Shown one piece after another: positions 34,590 to 43,398 of a DNA stretch of 45,901 nt; the stretch's first letter is position 1, and every line of letters begins with the position of its first letter. The notes below the pieces were generated by a model. That model searched no databases. It saw only the letters and a list, made by a program, of their open reading frames with translations, and was not told the origin of the DNA. The position numbers and the translations under genes were made by a program. This stretch comes from a virus: positions 1-45,901 of the IMG/VR virus record IMGVR_UViG_3300000969_000002; one strand, written 5' to 3'.

Positions 34590-34789
34590 CAAAGCATAGA
34601 AATAACAATAATAGAACATTGACAAGTAGATGTTTAGGGGAAAGTGTTAACGGGCCACGAGCTACACTAGTTAAATATTATGAAAAGTTAGCCTATAACA
34701 CAAGAGATGTTATAGATCAACAAACATTCTGGCAACATGCTGAACATTATAAACGGATGGAGGGGAACAATGGCCAAAGGAATAACTAA
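34586..34789 (+). CDS. small protein with DUF4167-like motif (67 aa)
   Basis: YYEKLAYNTRDVIDQQTFWQHAEHYKRM resembles the ...YEKY..LA.......E.Y.QHAEHY.R signature recalled for DUF4167. Confidence 0.5.
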   Translation: MTKHRNNNNRTLTSRCLGESVNGPRATLVKYYEKLAYNTRDVIDQQTFWQHAEHYKRMEGNNGQRNN

Positions 34790-35063
34790 TGACATAAAAG
34801 TCATACTAATGAGAAGTAAGACAAGTATGAATGCAGTGCAATTATTGCATGCGTTAGATGTTGAAGTACATACTGATACTGAAGAGAGTACTATTAAATC
34901 AATAGTTAGTCAAATGAAACGCAGAGGTCACTTAAAAGCAACTAAGACGTATTGTAAGTGTTGTTTGGCGCAAAGGTATTACTACACGTTAACAGATGAG
35001 GGGCGTATGACTACTAATATTGATATTGCTCATGGTGTTTTGGATTTAGAATTAGTAGGTTAA
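34770..35063 (+). CDS. winged-helix DNA-binding protein candidate (97 aa)
   Basis: ATG 34770 has GGAGGGG upstream (the track starts at 34737). ...MNAVQLLHAL...IKSIVSQMKRRGHLKAT...YYYTLTDEG fits a MarR-like wHTH layout. Confidence 0.5.
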   Translation: MAKGITNDIKVILMRSKTSMNAVQLLHALDVEVHTDTEESTIKSIVSQMKRRGHLKATKTYCKCCLAQRYYYTLTDEGRMTTNIDIAHGVLDLELVG

Positions 35064-37331
35064 ATGTTACACGATTTATTTATAAATGCAGGAATGCATA
35101 CAGTGCCGCTTAAGGGTAAGTTAGAACGCTTGGAAACAGGTAAAAAGACTATACCTATATTTGAGGAAGACTGGCGCGCTAAATACACAGAAACGTTTCA
35201 CAAGAAAGCAGTGCCACTCGCTGGTGTTATTACAGGCGCATGCTCTGGGATTATTGCTATTGATTGCGATAACCAAGCGACCTACGATATATTTAAAAGT
35301 TTTGATCCTACCTACAAATTTCATTTTGTATCTGAGGGTAAACCTGAAGGCGGCGGAACTATTATATATAAATACACTGATGAAGTAGGAACCTTTAAAC
35401 TTGCTAATGACGATATGAAATTAGACTTTTATGCCGATGAGGGTTTTGTGTACCTACCTACTGAAGCTAATAAGACTAAGCAATCTTGGGCTAATATGAC
35501 AATGTTGCCTCCAATGAAAGAAGCTCCTGAAGTAATTAAGATATTGCTTAAGACATTTGCAGCTAAAGCACCTAAGGTTGGTGTTGCCTCAGACACTTCT
35601 GTCCGCACAGCTATATCTAATAGGTTAGCTCCTATGATTGAAGACTTTTGTACAAAAGGCGAATACTCACCAGCGTTATTTAAAATTCTTACCCCAAAAT
35701 CATTTAGGGATTTACCAACTTATGTAAAACAAGGACATCTGCACCCTGATGAAATACCTGAAGGTAGAGGCTCAGAATACTTAAGCAAGGTTTCGGCCAT
35801 TCTGGGCTCAGATATATCCGTTTCTGCAGAATTATATACCAAGACTATAGGATTAATTAATAGCTTCTGGAAGGCTCCTATGGACCGTGGACAGCTTTTG
35901 AAAACGGTTATCAATCCTATGTTAAATGAACAAGCCACTATTGACGGTGACGTTATATGGAAATATGACGAGCACTGGGAAGATATGGGCTTTATCGCAA
36001 CCGCAAGTAATGGAGATTATATTGAAAGTTTCTTTGATGATGTTAAGAGTTTATACTACCTTATTAACTATACTGTGCCGTATATCAAAACGTTTACCGA
36101 TAAGCGACCGTTACTTACAACCCTTAAGACGTTGCTTGCAAGGAATGTTACAGAGGGGCAATATGATGCTTGTAAGCAAATTAATAGAACGGTCCTCTCG
36201 CCTGCGCTTGAATTTGGACACGTTGAGGCGTCAGATGAATTCAATTTATTTAGGCAAACCGAAGGATTAACAATACTTAATGATCCTGAGCCTTATAAGC
36301 ATCATTACAATCGCCCTACACATATATTAAATTATTTTGAAAGTCTTATACCTGATGATTATATGCGTGGTTATGTACTATCGTTTTTACGCACAAAACT
36401 AACGACATTTAAATATAGTCCTGTTGTTCTGTATCTTATAGGTAAGCCCGGCTCAGGTAAAGATACTATGGTTGGTATACTGCGGCGTATTATTGGTGAT
36501 GCTTATGTTGCTAAGCCAGATACAAAAGTATTCCTTGAACAATACAACGGCTGGATGATGGATAAATATATCATTCAGTTAGATGAGTATGGGAATAAAC
36601 TGGTTAAGACATCAGATAAGCAAGAAGCTTTAGGTAAAATTAAAGCATATACAGGTTCTGAAGAAGTACAGATACGTGCTATGCGCCAAGACGGTTTTAA
36701 CTATATGCATAGCTCAACATTTATAATGACTGCTAACTCTAATCCATTACCTGTTGAAACTGATGATCGGCGTATAGCTTTTGTACAGACGCCAAACAAA
36801 CTTGAAGCGCAACCATGGGTTAGGGAAGCTGGTGGTATATCACATGTTATTGAAATGATACAAGGTGAAACATTAGATTTTTGCTATTACTTAGCTAATG
36901 AAGTTGAAAACCTTAATATGGATGAGTATGTTATTGCGCCAGAAACAGAAGATAAAGAGAAACTTATTCTATCTCATCTTCCTGCTGTTGAACAAATTAT
37001 ATTCTACGTTAATAACTCGCGCTATAAAGAGTTGTGCTTACTAGCTGATGAATATGGCGTAGGTGATTTTAAGCTTAATTGGGATAAGAATAAATTGCTA
37101 CATGAGAAATTAATGGAGCTATATGATCTAATGACTGAAGGTGCTGGAACAAGCAGAACACTTATTAGAATGATGAAAGACATTGGTATGAAGCGAAGTC
37201 ATACAACATTTATGGGTAGTAATTGTTTTTACTATTATATACCTGACTTACACAACTTTGCATCTATTGAAACTAAGAATGATGGTTTTGTGCCAATGAA
37301 AGAAGAAACCGTTAAACCGAAAGGACTATAG
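35064..37331 (+). CDS. bifunctional primase-polymerase (prim-pol) / SF3 helicase
   Basis: 755 aa. N-terminal prim-pol-like HTVPLKGK...GIIAIDCDN; C-terminal Walker A LIGKPGSGKDT and Walker B IIQLDEYG of D5/P4-type helicases. Confidence 0.8.
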   Translation: MLHDLFINAGMHTVPLKGKLERLETGKKTIPIFEEDWRAKYTETFHKKAVPLAGVITGACSGIIAIDCDNQATYDIFKSFDPTYKFHFVSEGKPEGGGTIIYKYTDEVGTFKLANDDMKLDFYADEGFVYLPTEANKTKQSWANMTMLPPMKEAPEVIKILLKTFAAKAPKVGVASDTSVRTAISNRLAPMIEDFCTKGEYSPALFKILTPKSFRDLPTYVKQGHLHPDEIPEGRGSEYLSKVSAILGSDISVSAELYTKTIGLINSFWKAPMDRGQLLKTVINPMLNEQATIDGDVIWKYDEHWEDMGFIATASNGDYIESFFDDVKSLYYLINYTVPYIKTFTDKRPLLTTLKTLLARNVTEGQYDACKQINRTVLSPALEFGHVEASDEFNLFRQTEGLTILNDPEPYKHHYNRPTHILNYFESLIPDDYMRGYVLSFLRTKLTTFKYSPVVLYLIGKPGSGKDTMVGILRRIIGDAYVAKPDTKVFLEQYNGWMMDKYIIQLDEYGNKLVKTSDKQEALGKIKAYTGSEEVQIRAMRQDGFNYMHSSTFIMTANSNPLPVETDDRRIAFVQTPNKLEAQPWVREAGGISHVIEMIQGETLDFCYYLANEVENLNMDEYVIAPETEDKEKLILSHLPAVEQIIFYVNNSRYKELCLLADEYGVGDFKLNWDKNKLLHEKLMELYDLMTEGAGTSRTLIRMMKDIGMKRSHTTFMGSNCFYYYIPDLHNFASIETKNDGFVPMKEETVKPKGL

Positions 37332-37333
37332 AA

Positions 37334-37759
37334 ATGTTTGAAGAACTAAAAGTACTATTAGATATGTTAGGTAATGTTGACGACATTGCTTTGTGGATTG
37401 TTGGAGGCTTCGCTGTATACAAGTTGATTATATACTTAAGTAGTATGGGCGCTGTTGTAATGATTATTAAGTTGATTGTTAATAAGCTGTATGACGTATC
37501 TCATGAGGGTATAACCAATAAGAAAGAAATTGAAAGTAATAGGCTTAAGATAAGAGAGCAAGAACTTGATTATGAAATTGCAAAAACAAGTCTTAAGTCT
37601 TTAAATCGTATTTTCGATGCTAAAACAATAACTCATGATGGTACACAAGAAGCTTTTGTTTCATTGTTAAACAGGATGCGCTCGGATGGTTCTGACTATG
37701 TACATACGTCTGATGTTGTAAAATTAGAAAAAGCGTGGGCGGAGTATAATAAAAAGTAA
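37334..37759 (+). CDS. membrane-anchored protein (141 aa)
   Basis: Hydrophobic segments IALWIVGGFAVYKLIIYLSSMGAVVMIIKLIV, then a helical domain. Confidence 0.6.
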   Translation: MFEELKVLLDMLGNVDDIALWIVGGFAVYKLIIYLSSMGAVVMIIKLIVNKLYDVSHEGITNKKEIESNRLKIREQELDYEIAKTSLKSLNRIFDAKTITHDGTQEAFVSLLNRMRSDGSDYVHTSDVVKLEKAWAEYNKK

Positions 37760-37941
37760 TGCCCGGTACAGTACCTAAAAAGAAAAAAGATTTAAGCGAC
37801 GCCAAGAAGCGCAAGTGCATGTCATGCAAGAATATGTTTTATTCTTTGTGGCGAGGTAACAGAATTTGCGATAGGTGTAAAACACATGACGCATGGCAAA
37901 ATCAAGATTATGAAGAAGGTTATAATATAAGTAATGACTAA
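37759..37941 (+). CDS. small zinc-ribbon protein, paralogue 1 (60 aa)
   Basis: CMSCKNMFYSLWRGNRICDRCK (CxxC-14-CxxC) after a basic N-terminus. Confidence 0.6.
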   Translation: MPGTVPKKKKDLSDAKKRKCMSCKNMFYSLWRGNRICDRCKTHDAWQNQDYEEGYNISND

Positions 37942-38134
37942 TAAGACAAGAAAAGATAGGCGACCAGATGAAAATAGCATTGAACGTGCTTGTCTAAGAT
38001 GTAGAGAAAAGTTTTTATCTTTATGGAAAGGTAATAGACTTTGTGACAAATGCCGCTCTTATGCGAATAGGCATAATAATATTGATGCACAAGACAGAGT
38101 GCAAACAGGAGGACGCCATGGAAGAGCGGATTAA
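37934..38134 (+). CDS. small zinc-ribbon protein, paralogue 2 (66 aa)
   Basis: CLRCREKFLSLWKGNRLCDKCR, the same CxxC-x2-F-x-SLW-x-GNR-x-CDxC core as the upstream gene. Confidence 0.6.
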   Translation: MTNKTRKDRRPDENSIERACLRCREKFLSLWKGNRLCDKCRSYANRHNNIDAQDRVQTGGRHGRAD

Positions 38135-38399
38135 TATCTTAGTAATAGCTTACTTTGCATTAATAATAATCACAGCTGTAATAAGTACACATTTATTAGC
38201 AGCAAGAACTGATAAAACAACGTATAAAGTAATAAACGAGAAGAATAAAATTACTATCGCTAAATATCTTGAATTAGTGAATGAGCTTGAAGTTGATAAT
38301 TTAGATTTAGGCAAACAAATAGAGTATTTAGAACAAGAGAATAGAATACTACGATATAATCCTATATGTGATGTTAGAGGAGAGAACATTGTTAGATAA
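38118..38399 (+). CDS. membrane-anchored coiled-coil protein (93 aa)
   Basis: ATG 38118 has AGGAGG upstream (the track starts at 38043). TM segment ILVIAYFALIIITAVISTHLL, then leucine-zipper-like LELVNELEVDNLDLGKQIEYLEQENRIL. Confidence 0.6.
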   Translation: MEERINILVIAYFALIIITAVISTHLLAARTDKTTYKVINEKNKITIAKYLELVNELEVDNLDLGKQIEYLEQENRILRYNPICDVRGENIVR

Positions 38400-39696
38400 A
38401 TTTGTTGAGTTTCTTGAAAGTGACGCACCAGAGATGTATATCCAAGGTACAGCAGGTACTGGGAAGACGACTATACTATATGAGCTGATGGATTATTGTA
38501 TAGATGAAAACATTGGTTCAGTTGCCGCTGCATATACTCATAAAGCTGTTAAGGTTTTACGTGAGAAATTACCTCGCGAGACAGATAGAAACATTATACG
38601 AACATTACATAGTTATTTAAAGAAACGTCCAACTATCAATGGTTCAGCAACTAAGGTTTCTCAAGTTGATGGTAATTCACAAGCAGATAAACCTGAATAC
38701 GCAAAAGTTATATTCCTTGATGAGTTTAGTATGGTTGGGGAAAAGGATTATACTGATATATTAGATTTACAGTATGATGATGAAGATGGTGAATTAATAA
38801 CTAAGGTAGTTTACATAGGGGATAAAAACCAACTTCCTCCTGTTAAAGATCAACAGACAATTGAGCCTCACGGTGATTTTGTAGTAACACTAACTAAAAT
38901 ATATAGACAAGAAGGTGATAATAAGATAATAGATACTTTATTAACTATCAATGACTATATTAATGGTAAACCAGCTAAACCTTTAGTCGAACACAACAAT
39001 TTTAAAAGAGGTGTTAACATTGCTGACTATTATAAAGCTTGTCGTGAGGATAAGATATTACTAGCTTATACTAATGAGCAAGTAGAAGAGTTGAACGCTG
39101 ACATACAAGGTTATAGAGTACCGTTAAACAATGATAGATTATTTAGCCCGACCTTACGTAAGTTTTTTGATCTTGGTTCTATAAACAAGAAATCAGAACA
39201 GATATTTAATATAATGGGTGAAGTGCTTGAGCTTAATTCAACATTTAAAACTCTTGAAACAATACATGAACTTGAGGGAGTTAAATTTTATACTTTAACA
39301 CAGGGTGTTGATGAATACGAATATGCCGCAGTGTTCGGACATAAAACGTACTTAGATATACAAAAGAAACTTGCTAATAAAGCAGTATTTATAAATAAGA
39401 AGATTGTATCTCAATTTAATGAAGATGCAAAACAATGGGCAAAGCGTAATTGGAAGCATGATTTAGCTAAAGCAAGAAGTGAAGCTTGGCGTAAATATTT
39501 GGCTTTCAAACAAAATGTAATATGTATTGATTTTCCGCATGCTATGACTGTACACAAATCACAAGGTAGTACGTATAAAAATGTATTCCTTGACACAGAC
39601 GACATAGCTAAGTGTGCGGATAAAGATTATGCTTTGTACTTGAAGTTGATGTATGTCGGGATTAGTCGTGCATCTGATATGGTATATACTAACTAG
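38371..39696 (+). CDS. Dda/RecD-like SF1 helicase
   Basis: Walker A GTAGTGKTT, Walker B VIFLDEFSMV, YIGDKNQLPPV, MTVHKSQGSTY, YVGISRA. Start is uncertain: ATG 38371, or TTG 38389 which has GAGGAGAG 4 nt upstream. Confidence 0.8.
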   Translation: MLEERTLLDKFVEFLESDAPEMYIQGTAGTGKTTILYELMDYCIDENIGSVAAAYTHKAVKVLREKLPRETDRNIIRTLHSYLKKRPTINGSATKVSQVDGNSQADKPEYAKVIFLDEFSMVGEKDYTDILDLQYDDEDGELITKVVYIGDKNQLPPVKDQQTIEPHGDFVVTLTKIYRQEGDNKIIDTLLTINDYINGKPAKPLVEHNNFKRGVNIADYYKACREDKILLAYTNEQVEELNADIQGYRVPLNNDRLFSPTLRKFFDLGSINKKSEQIFNIMGEVLELNSTFKTLETIHELEGVKFYTLTQGVDEYEYAAVFGHKTYLDIQKKLANKAVFINKKIVSQFNEDAKQWAKRNWKHDLAKARSEAWRKYLAFKQNVICIDFPHAMTVHKSQGSTYKNVFLDTDDIAKCADKDYALYLKLMYVGISRASDMVYTN

Positions 39697-39705
39697 GAGT
39701 TAACG

Positions 39706-39891
39706 ATGGAAGATAAAAGTATAGCAGAACTTATAGAAATACGCGACAGCTTAAAACCTAAACGTGTTAGAGTTGAACGAACTTCATCACCAGCGCAATT
39801 GCGTATGTATAAACTTAATAAAGAAATGAAGCTTAAGAAGCGACGTTTAGCGTTACTAGAAGAGATTAACTTACTCAAAAATATTACGTAA
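39706..39891 (+). CDS. hypothetical basic protein (61 aa)
   Basis: ORF track; AGGAG upstream. Confidence 0.55.
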   Translation: MEDKSIAELIEIRDSLKPKRVRVERTSSPAQLRMYKLNKEMKLKKRRLALLEEINLLKNIT

Positions 39892-39921
39892 ATTAACATA
39901 ATTTAATATGGTAATTAAAAA

Positions 39922-39974
39922 GAAATAATATTTCAAAATTTTATATTTACTTTTATACAATAATATAATATAAT
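39922..39974 (+). promoter_or_regulatory. promoter P3: UP-like element + TTTACT-17-TATAAT
   Basis: GAAATAATATTTC at 39922-39934; -35 at 39946-39951; -10 at 39969-39974. Precedes the SSB gene. Confidence 0.65.
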
Positions 39975-40055
39975 GATTTTCTAATTTGAGCGGAGGCTCG
40001 GATCGCTGTATCGCAAGTGCAATATACAGTGTAATTAAACTGAAAGGAAGACAAT

Positions 40056-40745
40056 ATGTCTGATAAAAAACCAAGACTAGTAACCGGTAAAGGTGAATTG
40101 CATTATGTAACTTACAACGGTTCAGGTAAAGAAAACTTTAATGAAGATGGATTTGAATACGTTGCGGATATTCGTTTAACCGGTGAAGCAGCTGAAAAAG
40201 CAATAGCAGAAATTGATGCTATTATTGATAAAGAATGTCCAGAGGGTTACACTGTTACTTCCTGTGGTTATAAAGAAATGGTACAAGAAAAAGGTAAGCC
40301 TGATACAGCTCGTGTACCTACTAAGAAAAAAGGTAAGCAAGCAAATGAAGAAGGTACAGGTATTTACAATTTTCATTTTAAAACTAATGTTGAATTTACT
40401 GGTAAAGATGGTAAAGTTTTTCAGTCTAAGATTAACGTTTACAATGCATACAATAAGATTATTTCTCTTGGGGATAAACGTATTGGTAATGGATCACTTG
40501 GACACTTATCCGGTACAGTTGGTACATACAGCGATAAAAAGAAAGAAGAGTTTTCTATTGGGCTATACCTAAAAGGTATTCAACTAAAGAAATTTATTGA
40601 GTACACAGGTGACGATGGCTTTGAAGACGATGAAGACGATGACGATGGCTTCGAGGGCGTTGAAGACAATGAAACAGGTTTTGTGGCACAAGATGAAGAC
40701 GCTACAGCTGACGCTCCTGTTGAAAAGGTCAAGCCTAAGCTTTAG
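40056..40745 (+). CDS. single-stranded DNA-binding protein, T7 gp2.5-like
   Basis: 229 aa. ...IGNGSLGHLSGTVGTY...FSIGLYLKGIQLKKFIEYTGDDGFEDDEDDDDGFEG parallels the gp2.5 GGGSKLKV...VKLQLESVMLVE...GGEDDW layout with an acidic aromatic tail. Has its own strong promoter and terminator. Confidence 0.65.
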   Translation: MSDKKPRLVTGKGELHYVTYNGSGKENFNEDGFEYVADIRLTGEAAEKAIAEIDAIIDKECPEGYTVTSCGYKEMVQEKGKPDTARVPTKKKGKQANEEGTGIYNFHFKTNVEFTGKDGKVFQSKINVYNAYNKIISLGDKRIGNGSLGHLSGTVGTYSDKKKEEFSIGLYLKGIQLKKFIEYTGDDGFEDDEDDDDGFEGVEDNETGFVAQDEDATADAPVEKVKPKL

Positions 40746-40756
40746 AGTACCAATAT

Positions 40757-40796
40757 GGCGGAGCAGATACGGAAAACAGCTGCTCCGCCTACTTTT
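40757..40796 (+). terminator. rho-independent terminator after the SSB gene
   Basis: ggcggagcag (40757-66) / ctgctccgcc (40780-89), followed by tactttt. Confidence 0.65.
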
Positions 40797-40818
40797 AACA
40801 TTATTAAGGGAGATTATA

Positions 40819-41046
40819 ATGGAAGTTAAAGAAGTAACTGTAGGAATACAGCGAGTTATCAACTTAGGTAACTATGAAAATGTGCGTTATGAATGTAGTG
40901 TAACTGTTACTAAAACTCATGACGACGAAACACCTCAAGATTTATATAACCAAGGTTTAGATTTTTGTAAAGAAAATGTTGGTGCTGAGGTTGATCGTTT
41001 AGAAGCTTATAAGAAAGCCGCTAAAGCAGCAAAGTCAAAAGCATGA
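40819..41046 (+). CDS. hypothetical protein (75 aa)
   Basis: ATG 40819 has GGGAG upstream. The track ORF 40597..41046 is the same frame running back through the SSB gene and the terminator. Confidence 0.6.
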   Translation: MEVKEVTVGIQRVINLGNYENVRYECSVTVTKTHDDETPQDLYNQGLDFCKENVGAEVDRLEAYKKAAKAAKSKA

Positions 41047-41228
41047 CAACAATAATACTTTGGGCGTTAATAGTTTTTGATACTTATACAAAAGATTATT
41101 TTCAAGTACACATGTATTTTGAGACTGAGTTGGAATGTCAAACAGCAGCTGAGTATATAGTAACAACTAAAGATGAAGAAGCAATTTGTATTAAATCACA
41201 ATTTGAAGTAGAGGGGATAGAAGTATGA
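41043..41228 (+). CDS. hypothetical protein (61 aa), N-terminal hydrophobic segment
   Basis: ORF track; ATGA overlap. Confidence 0.5.
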   Translation: MTTIILWALIVFDTYTKDYFQVHMYFETELECQTAAEYIVTTKDEEAICIKSQFEVEGIEV

Positions 41229-41458
41229 AATCAACAAAAGAACTAGTACCATTAGTAGTTTACCATGAGCATGAAAATTATAGTGCTAGAGTATATAAGT
41301 ATCAAGTTTATATCGCTGAATACGATAGAAGTAAACATATACCTAAAAATATCTCTACTAACTATGTATGTTTTAATTCACAAGAAGAAGTTGAAGCATA
41401 TTGTCAAGGATTGGAAGCAGCAGGAATAACCTATAAAGGTAAGAGGAAACAGCAATGA
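41225..41458 (+). CDS. hypothetical protein (77 aa)
   Basis: ORF track; ATGA overlap. Confidence 0.55.
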   Translation: MKSTKELVPLVVYHEHENYSARVYKYQVYIAEYDRSKHIPKNISTNYVCFNSQEEVEAYCQGLEAAGITYKGKRKQQ

Positions 41459-43137
41459 GAGAAGTACCGTTTAAATTCATTCCAATTACAGAGCTAAAAA
41501 ATCATATAGATTTAGAAAAGCCTGTTATGGCTGATACTGAGACAATAGGATTATACGGTAAAATACGTATTATTCAATTCTTTCAGGAAGGTTGGGAAGA
41601 AGTATTAATTGTTGAAAATCCTGATCCATTCCAATTAGTTGCAGCAATATCAAAAGCTCATCTTGTGTTTCACAATGCTCACTATGATATATCAACTATT
41701 CAAGCAAACTTGGGTGGAATTACATGGCTCCCGGAAAAGTACGATTGTACATTCTTATTGAGCCGTTTGCACTTCTTTAAGAAAGAAAAATTCTCACTTG
41801 ATGAAGTTGTTAAATATGTTTTAGATGTTGACATATATGGTGACGATAAGAAAGAAATGCATAAAGCAGATTGGAGCGTGCCGGTATTATCTACAAAACA
41901 AATTGCTTATGCTGCAAGTGATGTGTTATATTTGTATGATGTATATAATGTTGTTAACACTCAAGAAGAGAACATTAATTATAGATTAGACATTTTATCT
42001 ACTAACTATGCATTAGACTTTCAGAATAATGGTTTTCCTTTTGATGAGACAAAGCTTAACGCACAATATGCTCATAACTTAGCTCGTATTGAAGCCATTG
42101 CTTTACCTATCAATTGCAACTCGTACCAGCAAGTACGCGAGTATATTGGTTCTAATATGTCAGATGATTTAGGTTTATCAACATTAATTGCTCAAGGTAA
42201 TACACGTGCTAAAGATGTTAAAGAAACCCGTAAACTAACTAAAGAGAATTCATTCCTTAAGAAATTCTTAGACACTGCTGATGATGGTTGTATCTTTGGT
42301 AAGTTTAAATTCTCACCACGTTCTGGGCGCTCGGCTTCAGATAGTCAAAACTTACAACAATTACCGCGTTCAACTAAAGGTATATTTGGCGTTAGCACGG
42401 AAGACGATATAGTTATTATATACTCTGACTTCTCACAAATGCAATTGCGTGGTGTATGTGCGGTGACTGGTGATAAAACTATGGAAGAGTTATTTAGGAA
42501 AGATGAAGATATACATAGTTATGTGGCAAAAATTATCTTTGGTGAAAACTATACTAAACAAGATAGGCAAATTTGTAAGACTGCTAATTTCGGTTTATTA
42601 TTTGGTGCTGGAGTTGCAACATTCCAAAACATTTTGCTGAAACAAGCGGGATTAAATCTACCTGAAGATGAAGCAGCTGCGATTAAAAAGAAATGGTTGC
42701 AACTATGGAAAGAAGTTGCTGCATGGCAAACTGAAGGTATTCGTGCATGGAAACGCAAAGAAGCCTGGGAAACTCCCCTAGGTAGGCGTTACACAGCAAG
42801 AATGATGACTGACCAACTTGCTATGCAAATTCAAGGTTTTGAAGCTGAGGTAGCTAAATTGTCAATGCATTATATGATGCCAAAGCTTAAAGAGCTTGAT
42901 CCTGGTATTAAGCTGCGTAACTTTGTACATGATAGTTACATATATACATGCCCAAAAGATGAGCAACTATATAAAGCTGCAAGTTTAATAATTGCTGAAA
43001 GTATGCAAGAAGGCTGGCAAGAAATGTCACAGTCAGTAAAAATTAAAGACTTACCTATGCCTGTTAATGTTCGCGCGGGCTACAATTGGGGTGATATTGA
43101 AGATGGCGAATACATTTACGAACTAAATAAGGACTAG
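41455..43137 (+). CDS. family A DNA polymerase with 3'-5' exonuclease domain (T7-like, no 5' nuclease domain)
   Basis: Exo I MADTETIG, Exo III-like HNAHYDIST / YAASDVLY. Pol motif A IIYSDFSQMQLRG, motif B RQICKTANFGLLFGAG, motif C NFVHDSYIY. Confidence 0.9.
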   Translation: MREVPFKFIPITELKNHIDLEKPVMADTETIGLYGKIRIIQFFQEGWEEVLIVENPDPFQLVAAISKAHLVFHNAHYDISTIQANLGGITWLPEKYDCTFLLSRLHFFKKEKFSLDEVVKYVLDVDIYGDDKKEMHKADWSVPVLSTKQIAYAASDVLYLYDVYNVVNTQEENINYRLDILSTNYALDFQNNGFPFDETKLNAQYAHNLARIEAIALPINCNSYQQVREYIGSNMSDDLGLSTLIAQGNTRAKDVKETRKLTKENSFLKKFLDTADDGCIFGKFKFSPRSGRSASDSQNLQQLPRSTKGIFGVSTEDDIVIIYSDFSQMQLRGVCAVTGDKTMEELFRKDEDIHSYVAKIIFGENYTKQDRQICKTANFGLLFGAGVATFQNILLKQAGLNLPEDEAAAIKKKWLQLWKEVAAWQTEGIRAWKRKEAWETPLGRRYTARMMTDQLAMQIQGFEAEVAKLSMHYMMPKLKELDPGIKLRNFVHDSYIYTCPKDEQLYKAASLIIAESMQEGWQEMSQSVKIKDLPMPVNVRAGYNWGDIEDGEYIYELNKD

Positions 43138-43140
43138 AAA

Positions 43141-43398
43141 ATGTACTATATATTACAATCATCAGTCTATTTTCACGGCTGCAATGGTCCATATGAAACT
43201 ATAGAGGACGCAAAGAAAGAATTTAATAAAGCTTATGAAGAAGCTAAAGTGTCACGCAAAAATTGGCGTGCTTTTGACGGTCATCATATGTTTCATATTG
43301 TAAAAGAACTGCCAAAGCTACCGTTTCAATTACATGAGCAAGAACAAATAGAAACAATTGAATTTGAACCTTTACATAAAATACTGGGAGACTATTAA
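43141..43398 (+). CDS. hypothetical protein (85 aa)
   Basis: ORF track. Confidence 0.6.
   Translation: MYYILQSSVYFHGCNGPYETIEDAKKEFNKAYEEAKVSRKNWRAFDGHHMFHIVKELPKLPFQLHEQEQIETIEFEPLHKILGDY

Noticed and set aside
35121-36270. Alternative-frame ORFs inside the primase-helicase gene (35121..35324 -, 35161..35388 +, 35720..35938 -, 35926..36270 +), and similar ones inside the TS-like gene (44118..44474 +) and the SSB gene (40176..40572).
   Set aside because: They are embedded in genes with clear catalytic motifs, and there is no independent translation signal.
40597-41046. 149-aa ORF starting inside the SSB gene.
   Set aside because: The N-terminal 74 codons run through the SSB 3' end and the terminator hairpin. 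A proper SD + ATG at 40819 gives a 75-aa gene instead. The same reasoning was applied to the upstream-extended track starts at 463, 1927, 33071, 33572, 34737, 38043, 20368 and 5150.
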